64,000 nucleotides of DNA from Octopus vulgaris (GCA_951406725.2 OX597814.1:102114001-102178000), one strand, 5' to 3'; positions 11,480 to 23,780 are shown, counted from the first letter of the stretch. Numbers and translations: made by a program. The notes: generated by a model from the letters alone, not told the origin.

Positions 11480-12070
11480 AATGTAAGAACTTTGAAATTT
11501 CTATCTCAAATTTCAGAACTTGCTGCATCGGCTATCAACTTTCATATTGACATCTTGTGTGTACAGGAACACCGTCTCTTCCATGATGATCACAATTTAT
11601 AGTATCATGAACTCGATAACAACTGGACTTTTGCATCTAGATCGGCATAGAAAAATTCTTTTAACAGCACCATCGGCGATGTTGGATTATTATTCGGCCC
11701 GCATGTCCTGAAATCACTAAATAGCATTGAGAAAATAACATCTAGAATAATAGTTGCCAATTTCAACGGTAATTCTTCTATACTGGCATCTGCTGCTACA
11801 GCCCAACAAATGTCAGCGATGAACAAAGGGTCATACATTTTTACAATGATTTATCGTCTCTTGTACGATCTATACCAAAACACAACATCCGCATCATTGG
11901 CGGAGATACAAATGCACAATTAGGCCATGACAATCCCCATCATAAGTATTCGTTCCATCAAAACTCAAACCGAAATGGAGAACACTTAGAGCACTTCTTG
12001 GTAGAAAACAAACTTCAATGCCTGAACACTTACTCTCAGAAGAGACTGGGAAAGAAGTGGATCCATACTT
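11480..12070 (+). mobile_element. RTE-like LINE AP-endonuclease fragment
   Basis: Frameshifted peptides SIEKITSRIIVANFNG, RSIPKHNIRIIGGDTNAQLG and NRNGEHLEHFLVENKL match APE motifs (GDxNA). Confidence 0.75.
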
Positions 12071-12439
12071 CAACAGTGTTTCAACAGTGGCCCCACGGCA
12101 TATTTTATTGGAGTTAGAAGTAGTGGTTAATAATGATTTTATTCCACCTAAAAACTACAATAGCGGCTGAGGGGATATTTGTTTGAAACGAGGATATTTT
12201 TCTGCAATATGCTGGTATCTTTCATTTAATATCTTTGAAATGCCAGCGAAATTTCGGCGCCTGTTAATCACGAAAGGAATCACTAAATTAATCACTAAAG
12301 GGATTTTATCATAAACTTTACTTTGGTTGCTAAAATTATGCGTAGAAGTTTGATTTTCTTTGCTGATTTTAGCTATCACATTTGCGATTTCTTTTAATCG
12401 TGATCGACAGCAAACGCATTTAAAATCAAACTTCCACGC

Positions 12440-12440
<1 letters not shown>
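12070..12440 (-). mobile_element. Possible Penelope-like RT/linker fragment
   Basis: Peptide KIPLVINL...ISKILNERYQHI...FKQISPQPLL resembles the region between RT and GIY-YIG in Penelope-like elements. Resemblance only. Confidence 0.4.
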
Positions 12441-12509
<69 letters not shown>

Positions 12510-12988
12510 GTTTTGTCTTGGTATAAAAGATGGACTACAGCAAATATTCTGCTCACTACCACAGATTTGCTTGTCAGTTGTTTGTCCATAACCAGTTGAG
12601 CATGTCCCTTAGTGGCTGAAGATATGTGCATCTCTGATCACGAGCAGAAGTAGTGGGGGAGCATCATAGCCATGTGTTGAGAAGGATTCTTTGGAGTTTG
12701 AATAATTCACCTCTGGAAACATAGGTTTTTCGTTCAACATTCTTAAACAACCCTTATTCAGGGATATTTGAGCGGGATGGGTTACTCTACCAGGAGTAAA
12801 TACTAACGGGGCCCCACCTGCAAGGTCATGCGCTGTTTATCTTGATATGAGATCACCATGTCGCGCACATATGGTTGTGATGCATGTGCCTAGTGTACCC
12901 TTATCAAACGGGTAGTCATGATGGGTATACTGCGTTTCGTATATTTTACCCCAGTGTCACTTTGATGGCATGCACTGCTCTCTCACTC

Positions 12989-13041
<53 letters not shown>

Positions 13042-13380
13042 CCCTGATGTAGTAGCAGGCACTGGCTCACATGGCTTCTGATCTTAATTTATTGGAAGTG
13101 TTATCATGTGTTTTGTCTTGTTATCAAGTGTTTTTTCTTTTGTATAAAAGATGGGCTACAGCAAATATTCTGCTCAACACTACAGATATGCTTGTCAGTT
13201 GTTTGACCATAGCCAGTTGAGCATGTCCCTTAGTGGCTGACGATATGTGCATCTCTGATCACGAGCAGAAGTAGTAGGAGAGTATCACAGCCATATGTTG
13301 AGAGAAATTCACATTTGGAAACATGGGTGTTTCATTCAACATCCTTAAACAACCTTAATTCAGGGACCTTTTGAGCGGGG
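12510..13380 (+). mobile_element. Non-coding (AAT)n-associated interspersed repeat, two tandem copies (third partial copy at 19897-20055)
   Basis: 12510-12780 is repeated at ~13140-13380, and 12859-12990 at ~19935-20055. Copies with the 3' end finish ...CTGCTCTCTCACTC-(AAT)n. Confidence 0.8.
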
Positions 13381-14815
13381 TAGTCTGCCACAAAAAAATG
13401 GAGTCCTGCTACATGAGCATAAGGGTAGCAAGCGTAAGTGCAGAGGTACCAAGGATTAACTCCTGACAGACAAAACTGTACTTAGAGACTGCAAGAGGAG
13501 GAAAAGTAACTTATTCATGTCATGGATGGATTATTGTAATGCGTCCGATATGATCTCACATTCTTAGATTATGGAGTGTGTGAACCTATTTGGTATTGCA
13601 TCGAATGTTGAGCGATTGCTTGGTAAAAGTATGGCGAATAAGAGAACGGACCTGACAGCATACGGAAAGAAGTTTAGGGACAGTAGAAATTAGGAGGGGT
13701 ATCTTTCTAGGGAACTGCCTGTCTCCACTGATCTTTGTACTGTGCTTGATACCACTAACACAGATTCTGAGGAAATCAAAAGCTGGATATGTATTCAAAA
13801 GCCGCCAACAAAAAGTCAACTATTTGTTATTCATGGATGACCTCAAACTTTATGGTAAAGATGAAGCCCAAATCAGTTCCTTCGTTCATACGGTGTATAC
13901 ATTCAGTGCTGATATCAGAATGGAGTTCGGACTGAGAAAGTGTAGTGTTAGTCTTGAAGAAAGGAAAAAATAAAATGTATGTACGGGCTAACGATACTGT
14001 CGGGGGAGGTTATGAAGCAGATAGAAGAGACGGGCTATAAGCACCTGGGGATTTTTTAAATGGATAAGTTGATGGAGAAAGAAATGACAGAAAAATTTAA
14101 GGTGGAATATTTGCGCAGACTGAGACTGGTCCTTAAGTCGAAATTAAACGGACGGAATAATATTGAAGCTATCAACACCTGGGCGATTTCACTCATTAGA
14201 TATGGAGCAGAGGTAATCGCATGGGCAGTAGACGAACTAAACAGCTTAGACAGAAAGACAAGGAAGTTGCTAACTAGATATGGGACATTCCACCCCAAAA
14301 GTGACACAGACAGACTGTATGTACCAAGAAAAAGAGGAGGAAGATACGAACACAGTATTAGAGCAGAAAACAACATAGCATGGTATGTAGGAAATTCCAC
14401 AGAACCATTATTATTAGAAGTAAGTAGGTCAGGCTTGTGTAGGATGAAAGATTGCAAAAATAAAACACTGTACAAGCAATTGAAAACAAATGAAACTGAA
14501 AACAGGTGAGTAAAGAAAAGAATGCTTGGTCAATTTCATAGACAAAGAAAAAAGATGGCTGTGGATGACTAAAAGTGATTTAAAACCGGAAACAGAGGCT
14601 GTAATTTGTGCTGCCCAACAGCAAGCACTGAGAACAAACTACATGAAATACAGAATAGACAACACAGCAGAAAGTGATAAGTGCAGAATCTGTGGACAAA
14701 ATGGTGAAACCGTATGGTATATTACCAGCCAATATACGCTACTAGCGCAGAAGGAACATAAGAGACGCAACGACAATATAGCCAGGCTTGTCCATTGGAC
14801 ACTTTGCAACAATAC
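13380..14815 (+). mobile_element. R4/Dong-like LINE fragment
   Basis: YLLFMDDLKLYGK; FHPKSDTDRLYVPRKRGGR; LKPETEAVICAAQQQALRT; CRICGQNGETV. Confidence 0.85.
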
Positions 14816-15125
14816 AATTCTATATTTAAGAGATGAGGAATTTTGTACATTATTTACATTATTTAGATTCGATGGATATTTTTCTTCATCTTGTTTGTTG
14901 TTAACACAACGTTTCGGCTGATATACACTCAAGCCTTCATCAGGTTTGGGGAAATTTCGAATCTGGGTTCCATTCCTAAGGTATTTTTTTGATGTTGTTG
15001 TTGTTGTTATTATTGTTGTTTTTGTTGTTGTTTTTGTTGTTGCTTTTGTTGTTGTTGTTGTTGTTGTTGTTGTTTTTGTTGTTGTTGTTGTTGCTGTTGC
15101 TGTTGTTGTTTTTGTTGTTGTTGAA
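14815..15125 (-). mobile_element. Hammerhead-containing repeat, copy 3 (core intact), preceded by (AAC)n
   Basis: Minus strand: (AAC/AAT)n-ATCAAAAAAATACCTTAGGAATG...CTGATGA (14943-14937)-AGGCTTGAGTGTATATCAGCC-GAAACGTT-GTGTT. Homologous to 5995-6100. Confidence 0.75.
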
Positions 15126-15865
15126 ACACAACAGGCTGGCATCATCAAAACTTAATATTGTGTAACTAAAGAAACATTTAAACAAGAAATGAACAAAAAA
15201 AAAGCATGGAAGGAAAGGAAAATGTACGGTCAGTTTTCAAGAGATGTGAACGCCAAGACAGATACAGAGGACCTGTGGCTATGGATGAGGAGGACTGACC
15301 TGAAGATAGAGACAGAAGCACTCATGCACAACTCAGCAGCAAGTGTTAAGGGCTAATAGAAAGATGTGGTATGAGAAAACTCCACAAGGAGTCACCGAAA
15401 ATGAGAACAATAAAATCCTGTGGGATGTAATGATCCAGTGCGATCATCCGACCAGACATCGGAAACCGGACATTGTTGTGGTGAATAAAAAAGAAAGGAC
15501 ATGTATGATAATCGACATGGCATGCCCCGGTGACAACAGGATCAATGTGAAAGAAGAAAGAAGAAATAAACTATGACGATTTAAAGTGGGAAATACGAAG
15601 GTTGTGGTCAATAAAAAGAGTAGAAGTGGTATCAATGGTAATTAGTGCACTTGGAAGTATCAGCACTCAACTACCAGTATGGCCGAAAAAGATCGTTGCA
15701 ACTGGGAAGGTAGAACACCTACAAAAAATCAGTATTGCTTGAAACTGCAAAAATTGTTCGCAGGGTTCTTGAAGCAGGACAAATAAACAAGTGCTACTTT
15801 AGTTTGCTGGTTGTGGAGAGCTGACACTTTCCATCATACCCATCAAAATAAGCTGTGAGTTTTCA

Positions 15866-15866
<1 letters not shown>
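15125..15866 (+). mobile_element. R4/Dong-like LINE 3' fragment ending in (AAT)n
   Basis: KILWDVMIQCDHPTRHRKPDIVVVNK...IIDMACP (REL endonuclease); the 3' UTR runs into (AAT)n then (AAG)n. Confidence 0.8.
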
Positions 15867-15940
<74 letters not shown>

Positions 15941-15969
15941 AAGAAGAAGAAGAAGAAGAAGAAGAAGAA

Positions 15970-16345
15970 AGGCACAAGGCCTGAAATTTAGAGGAGGAGG
16001 AATAGTCGATTATATCGACCTCAGTGTTTCACTGGTATTTAATTTATTGATCCCGAAAGATGAAAAGCAAAGTCGACCACGGCAAAATTTAAACTCAGAA
16101 TGTAGAGGCAGACGAAATACCTATTTGTTTACTACCCACAAGGGGCTAAACACAGAGAGGACAAACAAGGACAGACAAACAGATTAAGTCGATTATATCG
16201 ACCCCAGTCCGTAACAGGTACTTATTTAATCGACCCCGTAAGGATGAAAGGCAAAGTCGACCTCGGCAGAATTCGAACTCAGAACGTAACGGCAGACGAA
16301 ATACCTTATGCATTTCGCCCGGCCTGCTAACGATTCTGGCAACTC
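15970..16345 (-). mobile_element. tRNA-derived SINE, family A (dimeric)
   Basis: Reverse complement of 45796-46190, including GTTC(A/G)AATTC..CCGAGGTCGACTTTGCCTTTCATCCTT..GGGGTCGAT. Confidence 0.85.
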
Positions 16346-17776
16346 ATGGGGCTTACTTTGAAGCGGGAGAAAAGTGTAAATTACAAAATGGAGAGAGATT
16401 GAAGACCCGGATGATAATGGGTACAAGTACCTTGCGATCCTGGAGTTGGACAATATCTTGCACAGAAAATGAAGGTCATCACCACCTATTTCATGAGCTT
16501 CAAACTTCTCTTGAAATCAATGCTCAACGCAAGGAGCCTTGTGACTTCCATCAACATATGGGCTGTTGCTGTAGTCCGCTATAGTACACCCGTCTTGAGA
16601 TGGACACAAGCGAAGATTGACCAACTCGATCGCACTACCCGAAAGACAATGACAATGCATGGTGCCCTCCACCCTAAGGCAAATGTACACAGGCTCTACA
16701 TGAAAAGAGGTAAGGTGGACGTGGGCTGATTAGCGTATGAAAGTACATCAAGAGTGAAAGAAGAAACATAGCAGAATATTTGGTAAATAGCAAAGACCTG
16801 CTACAGTATGCTAGTGCAGAAGGAGGTAACAAAAATGGACTTGAGAGTGTTCATGAATTCCAAACAAGAACAGCCAACGAGAGAGAAGAAACCCAACTCC
16901 TTATAGAATTACATGGTCAGTTCCACCGTGAAACCAACAAATTAAAAGAGCAGGAGGCATCATGGAAGTGGCCCAAAAAGGGTGACCTAAAAAAGAATAC
17001 TAAAAGCCCAATCATCGCGGCGCAGGACGAGGCATTGAATACCAACTTAGTGAAAAAGAATATATACAACTCAAGTGCATCGAACTTCTGCAGAATGTGT
17101 GGGAAGAGGGTCGAAAGTGTGACTCATATTACTAGTACTTGTGAAAGTGTTGCGCAGAAAGAGTACAAGCGTAGACACGACAAATTAGCCCAAAACCTCC
17201 ACTGACTACTCTGCCGTAAGTATGGATATGAGGTTACGGGTGCTTGGTATCAACATATACCGGAAAAGGTAATGGACGAAAAGGGGAAGGCAAAATCATC
17301 TGGAACTTTGATTTCCAGACAAAGTGTTAGAGCACCGAAAGCTGGATGTAGTAACCTTTAGGAGAGGCAAACAAGAGTCCCTAATAATCGACGTAGCAGC
17401 GCCAAAAGATCAACATATCATCATGAAAGAAAGAAAAAACGTTGATAAATATGGAGAACTGAGATCGCTAACGTGTGGTAGCTATGAGAGTCGAGCGTAA
17501 AAGTTATCCCCACTGTCATCGGAGCATGGGGTTCAATACCACCCAAGCTGAAGAAACATCTTAGAAATTTTAGAAACAACCTACAATCCATATATATTGC
17601 AAAAATTGGCATTCAGTAGTCTTATTTTTATCACGTGTCTCATTTTTATTACGCATATTACGTATAGTACTGTCTGTCTGAGGTCCTTGTTGTTACTTGA
17701 CAGACAGTACAAACCCCCAGGAGACACAATATCTTCAATCAACATCACGATATTGGATACTGTGTGACGTTTTAAA
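16345..17776 (+). mobile_element. R4/Dong-like LINE fragment ending in (AAT)n
   Basis: ALHPKANVHRLYMKRG; IIAAQDEALNT; CRMCGKRVESVTHITSTC; YKRRHD. Confidence 0.85.
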
Positions 17777-17781
17777 TAATG

Positions 17782-17822
<41 letters not shown>

Positions 17823-17824
17823 CC

Positions 17825-18047
17825 CTTCTTCTAAAAAGACAAGGCCTGAAATTTGGCGGGGACTAGAAATTTGGGAGGGCACTAGTCGATTACCTCGACC
17901 CCAATGTTTCACTGGTACTTATTTCATCGACCCCAAAAGGATGAAAGGCAAAGTTAACCTCGGCGGAATTTGAACTCAGAACGTAGCGACAGGCCAATTA
18001 CTAGGCATTTCGTCCAGCGTGCTAACGATTCTGCCGCTCGCCGCCTT
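17825..18047 (-). mobile_element. tRNA-derived SINE, family A
   Basis: AGGATGAAAGGCAAAGTTAACCTCGGCGGAATTTGAACTCAGAACGT...GCTAACGATTCTGCC. Confidence 0.85.
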
Positions 18048-18059
18048 GGTACCAATCCC

Positions 18060-19718
18060 AACAACTGCTGAGAAGCTCAGGACTCAAAGCAGAGACTGAA
18101 AGATTTTTTATTGCAGCACAAAATCAAAACCTTCCCACCAGAAATCACCAAACACACGTCATGAAAAGAAATACAACTGCAGAATATGTGGTGATAGAGA
18201 AGAAATAATAAAGCATATAGTCCCTGGCTTCCCAGTCCTGGCTAAGAAGGAATACATTTACAGACACGACAAAGTTGGGACCTATATACACTGGAAGCTA
18301 TGACAACACTATGGAATAACAACAGGAAAAAGATGGTATAGGCACACACCAGAAAAGTTCACAGAAAAAGAGAAAGCAATCATACACTGGGATATGCCAA
18401 TACACACAGATAGAAGAATCAGGATCAATAGGCCAGATATAGTTGTCAGAGATCAGCAAGACAAAATGCTTTTTAATCGATGTATCAATACCAACAGATG
18501 ATAGTTTTTCTGTAAAAGAACCGGAGAAACTCTCAAAATACAAAGATCTGGAAACAGAGGTAATTCGAATGTGGAGCCTAAAAACAGAAACAAATCTTAT
18601 CACATTAGGCGCATTATGTATGATAAAAAACATTTAGACAAATACATAACAAAACACCTAAGTGAATTCCGAATACAACAAATTCCAGAATTAGACATAC
18701 TAGAAACAGGCGCAGAAAAAGTCATGCGCATGAAAACCCGTGCTAAAACTGCTGCCTTAGATATTCTGACTGATAAATGGCAAGAAAAACACTCTCAATG
18801 GCAAATACCCAAAGAGAGCGAATAATGCCGATGTTGGCAAAGCCCTTACCCATCAATGGCAAATGGCTTCTGGCTTAAAATCAGAAACAAAAGGGTTTAT
18901 CATAGCAATGCCTACTTACAAGGAACTACCAGGCCAACGTATTAAATAACGATAGCTCCCCAATATGACGTGTATGTCAACAACAAAATGAGACCATTGA
19001 TCATGTTGTCTCCATGTGCAGTTTTCTTGCACATACAGAGTATGTTAACAGGCATGATACAGCTGCTCAATATATTCACTGGGTAATTTACAAAAACCTG
19101 GACTTGCCCCATGATAAAACCTGGTGGGTACATAAACTACCCCCAGTGCTTGAAAATGATCACATCTCACTCCTCTGGAACTTCACCATTCAAACTGACA
19201 GAAAGGTAGATGCAAATAGGCGAGACATCATATTGAAAGACGTCAGACAAAAATCATGCCTCCTCATTGATATGACTTCCCCAATTGATATAAACGTATC
19301 TGTCAAGACCTATCAAAAACTGAGCAAGTATAAAAATCTTGAAATAGAAATTAGCAAAATGTGGAACCTGAAGACTAAAACAATACCAGTTGTCATAGGT
19401 GCCCTAAGAATGATAGCAAAAGGGGCTGATTGTTACCATGCTCAGATACCAGGAAAACTCCAAAATGGCAGAAATGCAAGACAGTGCTCATGGGAACTGC
19501 CCATATCCTACGTAAAGTACTGTCTATGTAATCTTAAATTTTAAAACAAACTTATAATTTTCTTATGTTTTCTTAAACATTCTCTAAAATAACACTGTGT
19601 ACAAAACCAAATATATGGCACCTTAGGCATAACACCAGCATGAACTTCTAACTTGTCTCTTGAGGTCTCTGGGTGAGACTTGGAGACAACTTGTACAAAT
19701 GCGAAAAGTCAAACATAA

Positions 19719-19720
<2 letters not shown>
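18060..19720 (+). mobile_element. Two nested/adjacent R4/Dong-like LINE 3' fragments ending in (AAT)n
   Basis: First copy (~18060-18660): CFLIDVSIPTDD...KLSKYKDLE. Second copy (~18660-19720): RHD...LLWNFTIQTDRKVDANRRDIILKD...IDMTSP...KLSKYKNLE, then an (AAT)n tract of ~180 bp. Confidence 0.85.
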
Positions 19721-19798
<78 letters not shown>

Positions 19799-19833
19799 TA
19801 ATAATGATAATAATAATAATAATGATAATAATG

Positions 19834-19892
<59 letters not shown>

Positions 19893-20055
19893 AATAAGTC
19901 GCGCACATATGGTTGTGTCGCGCACATATGGTTGAGTCGCGCACATATGGTTGTGATGCATGTGCCTTTATCAGACGGGTAGTCATGATGGGTATATTGG
20001 GTTTCGTATATTTTACCCCAGTGTCACTTTGATGGCATGAACTGCTCTCTCACTC

Positions 20056-20108
<53 letters not shown>

Positions 20109-20129
20109 TGATGATGATGATGATGATAA

Positions 20130-20880
20130 TATCGAAAGTCTTTTGATAGTATTCTCCACACATGGATCATAGAAACACTAGCCATAAACACGGTAGCACC
20201 AGTAATCATAAAATATATAAAGTATTCCATGAATAAATAGCAGACAGTGCTACAGCTCCAGACAATAATGATAGCAGTGGAATAATGTGTACACAGGCTT
20301 AATATCAGTAGAAGAATGTGTGCAGATGGAAATGAAAAGCCTAGTAGACTACAGAACGACACAGAAAAACTATCACAAAACTGTGAATAAAGAACAGGTG
20401 GTCAAGTGTGTAACAGGAGAAAAGGACAAGAATGAAATTCCAAGAGAGTACATCAGACAGATTGAAGTGAAACCTTTTCATGGTCAATATTGGAAAGCCA
20501 CTGAGGATGTATGTGGAACAAAATTCTGAGATTGGCTTAAAAATAGGCAATTAAAAAAAAAGGAACAGAGAGCCTAACTGTAGCAGCCTAAGATCAAACG
20601 ATAAGAACAAGCAACTTGAGAAAAATATATATATGGAGAAAATGTGTCAGAAACATATAGTGCCTGTGGAATTTGGACCGAGACAATGGCATACATTGTG
20701 GAAGAATGCCCCAAGTTCGCACAGAAAGAATATAAGAAATGGAGACACGACCATGTTGTAAAAGCTTTACACTGGAAACTATGCCAGAAATGGGGATTTG
20801 AAGCTGGAAATACATGGTACAATCATCGAGTCGAAAGAGTACTGGAGTCGGAGAAAAGTAAGATTTTGTGGGACTTTCCT
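20130..20880 (+). mobile_element. R4/Dong-like LINE fragments
   Basis: FDSILHTWIIETL-like RT start; PFHGQYWK; CPKFAQKEYKKWRHD...KILWDF. Confidence 0.75.
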
Positions 20881-21498
20881 AGTCACCCTTGTTTTCGTCG
20901 CCGTCGTTCACACCATTGCAGTGATTTCGATATTTCTACAAGTGCGTCAGCCTCAAAAGAAGGCGTCGCATTAACAAGGACGGCATCACAAGACCACAAT
21001 GGAGTGAGTGTTTACAGTAGATGGATTTCTCTCACTAGTGGAACTTGAATCTTCCATATGAAGCGTAAGAGTGCGTGAGTGCGTTTAAACCTGTCTGTTT
21101 ATATATTATGACAGGCTCTCAGTTTCTCTTCCAAATTCCATTCGCAAATATTTGGTCAAAGTTAACCTGAGTTACCACTTTCTTCACTACCAAATTCCAT
21201 TCTTTCCCTCCCCACTTTCTATCTCTCTCCTTTCTGTCAATGTCTATACACAGTCAAAATATTAGAACCAATAAAAGGGTAAAAATATAAAACGCAATTT
21301 ACAGAAAATCCTCTTTTTGAGAAGAAATAATTTATTTAAACACTACAAGTCATCTGTGTAGAAATTTACACTTTAAATTTCTTTTAAAAAATAGCTTAAA
21401 TTAAATTAAATTAAAGAAGCTTTGTTCACAAGAAAAAATGAAAGGCAAAGGTTAGAAATAAAATTAATACATTTTGATAATAAACGGTGAACATTTAC

Positions 21499-23735
21499 CT
21501 GCTCAGTAAAATAAGACATTTTCGACTCGATTGGATAGCAAACAATATATTTTCAGCAATCTGCTTCCCTGCAGGAAAATCTCGATGATGGATATTCAGT
21601 TTAAACGTATCCTTTTCTTCAAGTTCTGGAATTAGATATTCAACAACACAACCACGATCTTCTTCTGCATAAGATACAAAAGCGTCATAAAGATATTCCC
21701 CAGTTTGTATTCTCTGATATGAGTATCGTTCTCGGATCATGTAATACAAATATCGTAGTTTCCATCTAAAATGATAAACAAGAGCTCCAACAGAAAAGCA
21801 ACCCAGAAGCACAATAAGACATGTTACAGTGATAATTATACCGATAAATGATGAACACCTATGGTTAAGATAGGTTATAATCAAAGGAAGCCGACTGTCT
21901 GTCAACTCCCACACTGTTCCGTTAGGATGAGTACATTTCGAGTACATTATTTTCAAACGACCTGAATTCCGTACTTTGTGCAGCCAAGTGAGAAATCTTA
22001 TTTGTGCACAACCACATTTCAATTTATTGCTTTCTATGTTAACAGTGAATTTATGGTGTTCAGATATCTTTTCAATAGCATTAAAAGTGTTTTCCGACAG
22101 CACCTGTAAAATGTTTTTAGATAAATCTAAGTATGATAAATTTAACATATGACTAATCTTTACATCAAAGGATTTCAATAAATTGTTGCGTAAATTTAAG
22201 ATTCTGAGATTTTTCAGCTGTAACAAACTGTTGTTTGATAAATATTGAACGTGGTTATTTGAAAGATGTAATTCTTCGAGGCTGGTTAAATTTTGAAAAG
22301 CTTTGCTGAAACCTTCTTTGGCAACTTGACCTGAAATTCCTATTGCGTTATTTTCGATATTCAAAAGTCGCAGACCAGTGAAATATGTGAAGAATTCGTT
22401 GCTGATATTATTGCATTGGTTGTGACTTAAATCCAGAATTTGTAATTGCTCTAAGCCTCGGACTGGGCCACTCCATGGACAAAATAAATTATTCGTTGCA
22501 TTAATTAATCTTATTGCATTTGCATCTTTTATATGGAATGGTGGTATCGGAAATTGATAGTGGCAACCTTGTAGTAAGAGTGTTTTAAGAGATTTAGAGA
22601 TTGTAAAACTGTAAGTAGTATCCCTATTGAGTAATTTATAACGAAATAATGGAAGGTTTTTATGTGATAACGTCGTACTAATGTCAATTAATTTAATGTT
22701 GGTTAAAGTCTTGATTTCAAGCAAATATTTTCCATATGTTAATATATTATTTCTCAAATATGCGTATTCCAATGTTTTGGGCAAAGAAGAAATAAAATTG
22801 GGCTCAATATATTCCAGTCTGTTATAATTAAACTCAAATCTTTTCAGTGATGTATATTTTAAACAAGATGCTTCCGGTGCAAATAATGGAAATCCACGGT
22901 TATTCCCAACATTGATATTATTGAGAACAAGATATTCAAGATGATAACTTGACAAGAAACTTTTGAAGAAATGGATGTATCCAACGTGAATTTTATTATA
23001 TGAAATATCTAGAACTCTCAGATTATTTAAATATCTAAAAGTTTCTACTCTAATTGCACTTATTTGAGAATAACTGAGATTCAAAGAGACAATATGCAGT
23101 GTATTTCTAAAGCAAGTGTCCGTGAGAAAAAACATTTGTGAGCTGTTTCGTTTTGTAGCAAAGCTAACATACTTTAATTTTGACAGTTTTGCATATGCCG
23201 CTCCAAAATGCGAATCTATAGTACCTGTCATATATAATTGTTCCAGTGAAGTTAAATGAGAAATAGTTTTATCGATATAGGTCGTAGATATGTGTAATAA
23301 GTTACCTCGTAATTTCAGAATTTTCACTTTTGTTAAATTTTGGAACAGGTTTATAGGAAAGGATTTATAAGTCATAGTTAGTCGGTTGTACTCTAACGAG
23401 AGTTCTCTCAAAGACCACAAACCTTGAAAGGTGGTCGGTTGAAAACGTTCAAGGAGATTATCGTCAAGTTTTAGCACCTCTAATAAATTCAAATGTTTCA
23501 AACTATCCGTTGGAATACTTTTAATACGATTTCGACTTAAATCTATTACTGTAGTATTCTTTGGAAAAGAATCGGGTGATTGGGTTAGATTTTGATCTTT
23601 ACAGATTGCAGTACAGCGGTTAAATTTAATCTCAGTACAGTTGCAAACATCAGGGCAGTCCGTTTGACAATTCGCAGTCACTTTAATAAACATTTTCATG
23701 CAGTAAGCAAAAGCAATAATGAACGTCCTCTTCAT
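21499..23735 (-). CDS. TLR: Toll-like receptor, first coding exon (signal peptide, LRRNT, LRRs, LRRCT, TM, N-terminal half of TIR)
   Basis: 746-aa ORF: hydrophobic N-terminus, CPDVCNC LRRNT, many LxxLxLxxNxL repeats, NKLKCGC...CTHP...C LRRCT, TM IGIIITVTCLIVLLGCFSVGALVY, TIR box 1 YDAFVSY and box 2 IHHRDFPAG. Ends at donor AG|GTAAAT (21499/21498). Splicing to 10629 gives 824 aa. Confidence 0.95.
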
Positions 23736-23756
23736 TGTTATGTAGAAATCTTCATG

Positions 23757-23780
23757 CCTAAAATAAAAGAAATATAGATA
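23757..23780 (-). promoter_or_regulatory. Splice acceptor in the TLR 5' UTR (implies upstream non-coding exon(s))
   Basis: Pyrimidine tract TTTCTTTTATTTTAG|G, 22 nt upstream of the ATG. Confidence 0.6.

Noticed and set aside
19897-19955. Triple ~19-bp repeat as a CRISPR-like array
   Set aside because: Directly tandem with no spacers, in a eukaryotic context, and part of an interspersed repeat.
19623-20362. Homopolymeric ORFs (poly-I/Y/L/N; similar ones near 2016, 5683, 14946, 29596, 35327 and 40197)
   Set aside because: Translation artefacts of (AAT)n, (TA)n, (TG)n and (GTA)n microsatellites.
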